A DNA stretch of 64,000 nt. Origin: Eledone cirrhosa. Taxonomy: Eukaryota. The notes beneath the pieces were generated by a model, which was given only the letters and a program-made list of their open reading frames with translations, ran no database searches and was not told where the DNA came from. Location of the stretch: assembly GCA_964016885.1 (NCBI GenBank), contig OZ024743.1, forward strand, positions 364,746,001 through 364,810,000, read 5' to 3'. A program made the position numbers and the translations under genes. Shown piece after piece: positions 57,383 to 64,000 of the stretch; position 1 is the stretch's first letter, and each line of letters begins with the position of its first letter.

Positions 57383-59420
57383 TAAAGAACGAGGAATCAG
57401 TGTTGCATCAGCTCACATTTATTAACATATTACATATGTTTCTCTTGCCTCGAGCTGATCGACGGAAAACATATGTAATCTATATACATAAATGGTAATT
57501 TCTGTCTCTTTGTGTGTTTGTTTGTTTGTGGAGTTGTTTGTGAACCTAAAACTCAAAAACTACCAAACCGATCTTGATGAAACTTGACACGCGTGTGGCT
57601 CTCATGCTCATTTGATTTCTTACGTACTTTGAAGTTAATTCGATAATTTCCAGTCTGCATCGATTTTTCATAAATCAATAGGACATTTGCATGCAAATGT
57701 TCATATGAATGTTATTTTCTGTCACAACTTTTAAAGTTCTCAACCGATTTCCTTCAAAATTGAAACAGATCAATTATGTGCTAAGGATGGCTTTATTATC
57801 CCAGAAAAAATTATCCCAGCAAAAAGCCGCACAAACCTATTTTTCGTTTGGTTTGTTTCTTCTGATATGAGCAACCAATTTGCTTTAAACTGTACAAGTG
57901 CATTATTTATGTATCAATAAGTTGTTAAAAGTTTCCCCAGGGCACCTTAATAAAGCGAAAACACCGCAAATAGCGAATGTCACAAATGCTTTTTTCAAAC
58001 ATCATAGATACACCACTTATGTGCAGTGGATGGTTTTCTCCAGCGGGACAGAGGGCTGTACAACAATGGGGTGGATAACAATTGTATTTGCCCTCCACGG
58101 TTCGAGTTTTCCCCAGACAAATGGAATTTATGGGCTCTGGTTGGGTAATGCGGGGGTATTTTCAAAAAATGTATACCGGGTGGAACCCTTTGCGAATCGA
58201 ATAGAAATCTTCAACGGGCCACAGTGGACACGCGGGCCGTAAGGATATTTAAAAATTACCTACCCACCCTAGGCTGTGTCATCTTTGCTGCTAATATGCG
58301 TATATTTAACCGAATGGAACATCTTACGGGACGGATAGAAAGCCTCTGCGGGTTTGCATTAACCAGTTGGCCGTGGTGTGGACATCCCCGACGGTGACCG
58401 TGTTTTCCTATAAGACTTAATTCAAACGAGAGTTTCATTAAGTGTTATTTCTGCACAAATAATTGTATTACTTAAACCCTAGCAACACTGGGTACCTCAG
58501 CTAGTATATTAATAAATGTGAGATGATGCAACACTGATTCCTCGTTCTTTATAATATTATACTCTACTCTGAGCGAGCATCGAGTGCTCAACCGGCATAC
58601 CGCCTACGGGCGCATTTACCTTGCAACATATATACATATATATATATATATATATATGTAACAACTAGAAATTGATTAACATATAAATAAACATATGAAA
58701 CAATCACAGGGGATAATTTTTACAAGTGTGTAAGCACACATAGCTAGGTAGGTAACTAAATAAAGTTAACTAGAACTTCAAAAATAGATACCTTATGATA
58801 TGATTAATCTTCCCTGTATATATTCCATTAAAGAAATATATTTCACCAATTAATCGAATGGTAAGCCACGGAGGCCGATACTTGGATTTTCAACAAGGAA
58901 GAAGTCCAGCCATCTGTGTTTACGCATTAAGTTCAAATCAGCGACTGGCCAGTAACACGTGCTGTATCTACTAAAAATACACACATCATACCAGCTTCGT
59001 CCCAGTGGCGTGAATAGGGTTATCGACAACTAGAAACAGCAGTCAAGTCCTTTCAATAGAGTTAACTCTACAATTAAGGAGCCGTATTTATATATCTATA
59101 TCCAAAATTAAGATAAATCAAAGTGAATTTAATCTAAATCAAAATTATGGGTGTCATGCCAGAAAGGCATGTGCCATATCACCACTAGTTACCTACCTAG
59201 TTATGTGTGCTTACACACTTGTAAAAATTATCCCCTGTGATTGTTTCATATGTTTATTTATATGTTAATCAATTTCTAGTTGTTATAAAATGCTCGGACC
59301 TATTCATTAGAATCTTGGAGCTTATTTTACGGGTGATATGGCGCATGCGTTTCTGGCATGACACCCATAATTTTGATTTAGATTAAATTCACTTTGATTT
59401 ATCTTAATTTTGGATATAGA
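56675..59420. repeat. Nested inverted and direct duplications of a ~600-bp non-coding repeat
   Basis: About 56741-57340 recurs inverted at about 58660-59182 and partly direct at 59188-59420. Confidence 0.8.
57479..58504 (+). mobile_element. Non-autonomous Helitron-like element inserted at A|T with no target duplication
   Basis: 5' TCtatatacataaa followed by (GTTT)n; 3' hairpin and CTAG; removing it restores catatgtaa|tatattaataaatgtgag, which matches the inverted arm at 57377-57441. Confidence 0.88.
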
Positions 59421-59620
59421 TATATATATATGTATATATGTATATATGTATATATGTATATATGTATATATGTATATAGTTGTAGGGTTGCAAGGTAAAT
59501 GAGGTACGTATCAATTTAGACTTATAACATAATTTTACTCTACGTTCGTTTCAATGTATAGCAGCCGGTCATACCTCAATATATATATATACAGAGAGAG
59601 AGGGGGAGAGAGAGAGAGAA

Positions 59621-59675
<55 letters not shown>

Positions 59676-59818
59676 TTTACCAGTTTTAAACTAGTAAAAC
59701 CATGAAATTTACTGTCGAAACGGCAAGAGCTCAGCCGTCGGGCCCCGACTCTCTCTCTCTAATATATCTATATATATAAGAAAAATATATATACATATAC
59801 ATACACACATAAATATAT

Positions 59819-59888
<70 letters not shown>

Positions 59889-60547
59889 TACATTGTCTCA
59901 GAATATTTGGACTTGTGTCCGTGAAAATCAATATCCAATCTATGATGTCTATTGTAAGAAAGTGAAGAAACAACAGCAACCGCAGATGAATGGAAACTCA
60001 TCAAATTGAAAATGGTGCTGTAGCAACAAGAACAACGACTGCCATGCACCACTATGGCGATAAAAACAACAAGACCAGCAACAACAACAGCAGCAACAAC
60101 AGAGAAGGAATATAGATAAAACATTCTTGTTCACGGCTGTCTGTTTGTCTGCCAGTTATTCGAGGCGTATTTTCCATTATATTTCAATCAAACGTTTGTA
60201 CCTGTTGGTTCTTTCGCGTTATTTTCAATTCACTTACAGATATTTATTGCTACACAAATCACCAAAACACCTGTGCTTTTTTTTTACACTTCTTTGCTTT
60301 TGTACTAAAGAAATATGTGGAAACAATGCTATGGCATGTTTTCTTGTGTACCAACTGTTATTTTATGGCCTAAAAGAGAAAATGAAACGAGCAATATATT
60401 TATGTGTTTGTATACGTGCGTATATTTGTGCATGTTCTCATTGTTTGCACGGGTATGGGATTTTGAGTATGTGATATAAGTTTATGTAAGACATAAATGT
60501 ATATGTGTGTATATATATATACATGCATGTATGTATGGATGTATGTG

Positions 60548-60744
<197 letters not shown>

Positions 60745-61046
60745 AATGGTAGCTATGATGCTTCCATAGGCGGTATGCCAGTTGAGCACTCTATGTTCTT
60801 ACAGAGCAGAGTGTGATATAAAATAAAACGAAAAATCAGTGATGCATCTGGACTCAGTTTATTGTGTGTTACAATTGTATTACAATGAGGGAGAAAATTT
60901 GTTCCTAAAGTATTGCATGTGTCCGAAGAACCTGCAGATCTAGAATCAGACAAATCCATACAATGATCGTGCCTCGAGCTATCTGTCGGCGAAACAATTT
61001 TAACACACAGTAAACTGAGTCCAGATGCATCACTGATTTTTCGTTT

Positions 61047-61156
<110 letters not shown>

Positions 61157-61646
61157 GGCTAGCGAATTTAAAAATTACGCCGTATTTGACTAAATAGAAT
61201 TAGTCTGTTAGATTTAAAAATCCTGTTAGCTGTGTATTGATGAAAAGGTGAATATCTTGCAGAGATTACATAATAATACTTGCCTTGCACAAGAGCCAAT
61301 TTTTAACTGCTGCCCCCACGCTACGAAGTATCTGTTACGAAGGACCCAGAATAACTAGAAGTTTAACCCAGACTGAACTAGCTGAAACGAAAATTGTCAC
61401 CCTTACAACAGTCTAATTTGAATTGTCCCATTTGTCACCAAACTACTGACATCTGCCGCGCAGAATCCAATCAGCTCATATATACTTCCGTTCCGACTGC
61501 AGTCATACATGGATTGAAAATCCGTCCGGCCAAACACGTGACATCGAGTATGGTTTGCTAATTTGTTGTGGAACTAACTCTATACCGAACTCGCCCTTTG
61601 GACTGAGTGCACTGCCAACTACGGATATAACCTCCCGTACTTTTAC

Positions 61647-61697
<51 letters not shown>

Positions 61698-61722
61698 TGT
61701 AATAAACAACATAAGGCAATTA

Positions 61723-61782
61723 TTCCATTTACCAGTGGTTTCTTAAAAGCAAAAAATGTTGCTTTCAATCATCAGAATGAAA
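61723..61782 (-). ncRNA. Type I hammerhead ribozyme in a solo pLTR
   Basis: Reverse complement: tttcatt-CTGATGA-ttgaaagcaa catttt ttgcttttaa-GAAA-cca c tgg-TA-aatggaa. Confidence 0.85.
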
Positions 61783-61892
61783 AAATCCTGGTCTGTTTAT
61801 TGAATTTGGATTTTAAAAACAAAAATGCAATCTATATGAAAGTGAGGCTGGAGAAAGAAGAAGGAAAGGAAAAATAAAATAAAAGCACACAT

Positions 61893-61967
<75 letters not shown>

Positions 61968-62269
61968 CATACATACACACATATATATATATACATACAC
62001 TCATACATACACACACACATATACACATATATATGTGTATATAAATACACACATACACATACATATACACATACATACGCAGATAAATATCAACACATCC
62101 ATACATACACATACATATATATACAACCACATATATACACACATATATATATAGAAACATAAATATATATATATATATATATGGAAAGTTATATTTAAAA
62201 TTGTTGGGTTACAACTAGTAAATATTTATAACTGATATAAAAGCACTCGACAAATATTTGGAGTATATT

Positions 62270-62647
62270 TACAATATTAAATAAATGGAAACTATATTTA
62301 TAAAACCATATTTATTTCATTATATATATTTCGGGGATATCATATTAACAATATGCTATGCCTTCCTCAGACAAAATACAATATAAACAGTTTTATAGAT
62401 AAATAGATTCGACATACCGTAACAACACCGACTTGCATTTGGAGAGGTTGAGCTGGCAGCTGACTGCCAGCTCAACCTCTCCAAATGCAAGTCGGTGTTG
62501 TTACGGTATGTCGAATCTATTTATCTATAAAACTGTTTATATTGTATTTTGTCTGAGGAAGGCATAGCATATTGTTAATATGATATCCCCGAAATATATA
62601 TAATGAAATAAATATGGTTTTATAAATATAGTTTCCATTTATTTAAT

Positions 62648-62653
<6 letters not shown>
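62270..62653. mobile_element. Perfect 190-bp-arm fold-back pLTR with an HHR in each arm
   Basis: Arms at 62270-62459 and 62464-62653; ttttgt-CTGAGGA...GAAA-tatata-TA-atgaaa at 62547-62608 (+) and 62315-62376 (-); related to the pLTR at 9497-9720. Confidence 0.92.
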
Positions 62654-62711
<58 letters not shown>

Positions 62712-63147
62712 TACACATACACATACATAGCCATACACACATACATATACATACATACATACATGCACACAATCATACCTATATACACACGTACATACAT
62801 ACACATACATAAATGCATACATATGCATGTACAAAATTAGAAAAATATATATACACAAACCTCTACATATTAACATACGCAAATAAATATAAGACAAAAT
62901 ATATATATAAAAAATAAAATCATAAAGACTATTATACAGTTGACAGCGATACAAACGACGAATAGATGGACAGACACGCGTGGTAAGCAATACACACAAA
63001 TGCACGTACAAATACGTACGAAAAAGTAAATACATACACACACTCTCACACATAAATATACATATACAAATACATAAACACATACATACGCATACACAAA
63101 TACATACACAAACACACACACACATATACATATATACACTCACATAT

Positions 63148-63213
<66 letters not shown>

Positions 63214-63328
63214 ATACACACACATATACACACATATATACATACATACACACACACATACATATATAGCTATACAATTATACGCATACAAATACGTACA
63301 TATCACAAACACGCACAACCAAATACAA

Positions 63329-63468
<140 letters not shown>

Positions 63469-63560
63469 CTCAATCTTAGATAATTCATAAGAACCTTATA
63501 TAACTCCAAAATATACATATACATATATATAGTAATGTAATAAACAACATAAGACAATTA

Positions 63561-63621
63561 TTCCATTCACCAGTGGTTTCTTAAAAGCAAAAAAATGTTG
63601 CCTTCAATCATCAGAATGAAA
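63561..63621 (-). ncRNA. Second copy of the 61723 hammerhead with the cleavage triplet changed to GUG (probably inactive)
   Basis: Same sequence but ccactgg-TG-aatggaa. Confidence 0.75.
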
Positions 63622-63653
63622 AAAACCTGGTCTATCTACATATATATATATAT

Positions 63654-63716
<63 letters not shown>

Positions 63717-64000
63717 TACACATACATACACATACATTTTGGTATGTGAAGAGTAAGGCAAAAAAATATATGGGGGGGGAAAGGAGACATAGGAAAAGGT
63801 GAAATATAAGGGGAGATAAGGGAGAAAAAGAATACAAGGGTACAGAACGTGGATTCAGTAAATAAAAAAACCGTAGTAGAAGTAAAGAGCAGAGAAGGAG
63901 TTCAAGGCGGTTGATTTATCATAGGAGTGTCAATCCAGTTACAGATCAGATGTGATTTCAGATGAGGACAACATCTGAAGATCTCGGTCTTTGAGTTTAG

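Overview
AT-rich eukaryotic, repeat-dominated window with no recognisable host gene. It is probably cephalopod (octopus-like); this is inferred only from the SINE motifs and microsatellite load. Almost all short ORFs in the track are translations of (TA)n, (CA)n or (TACA)n. The window holds at least five Penelope-like elements (PLEs) with RT and/or GIY-YIG coding sequence, and many solo or fold-back pseudo-LTR remnants, nearly all inserted in (TA)n arrays. By eye I find about 30 type I hammerhead ribozyme (HHR) motifs from roughly a dozen sequence families. These include two families with a compensated U3-A8 core (UUGANAA), one with a ~115-nt stem II, and a tandem retrozyme-like array. The near-intact Neptune-like PLE (3131-8073) has a separate coiled-coil ORF1 joined to an ATG-less RT-EN frame by a U_UUU_UUA slippery site plus hairpin, a candidate programmed -1 ribosomal frameshift. 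The rest is decayed LINEs (RTE, RNase H-bearing I/Ingi-like, L1/Tx1, R4/Dong-like), a mariner derivative, a pogo-like MITE, two non-autonomous Helitron-like elements and SINE fragments. All calls are by manual reading; no searches or folding programs were run.
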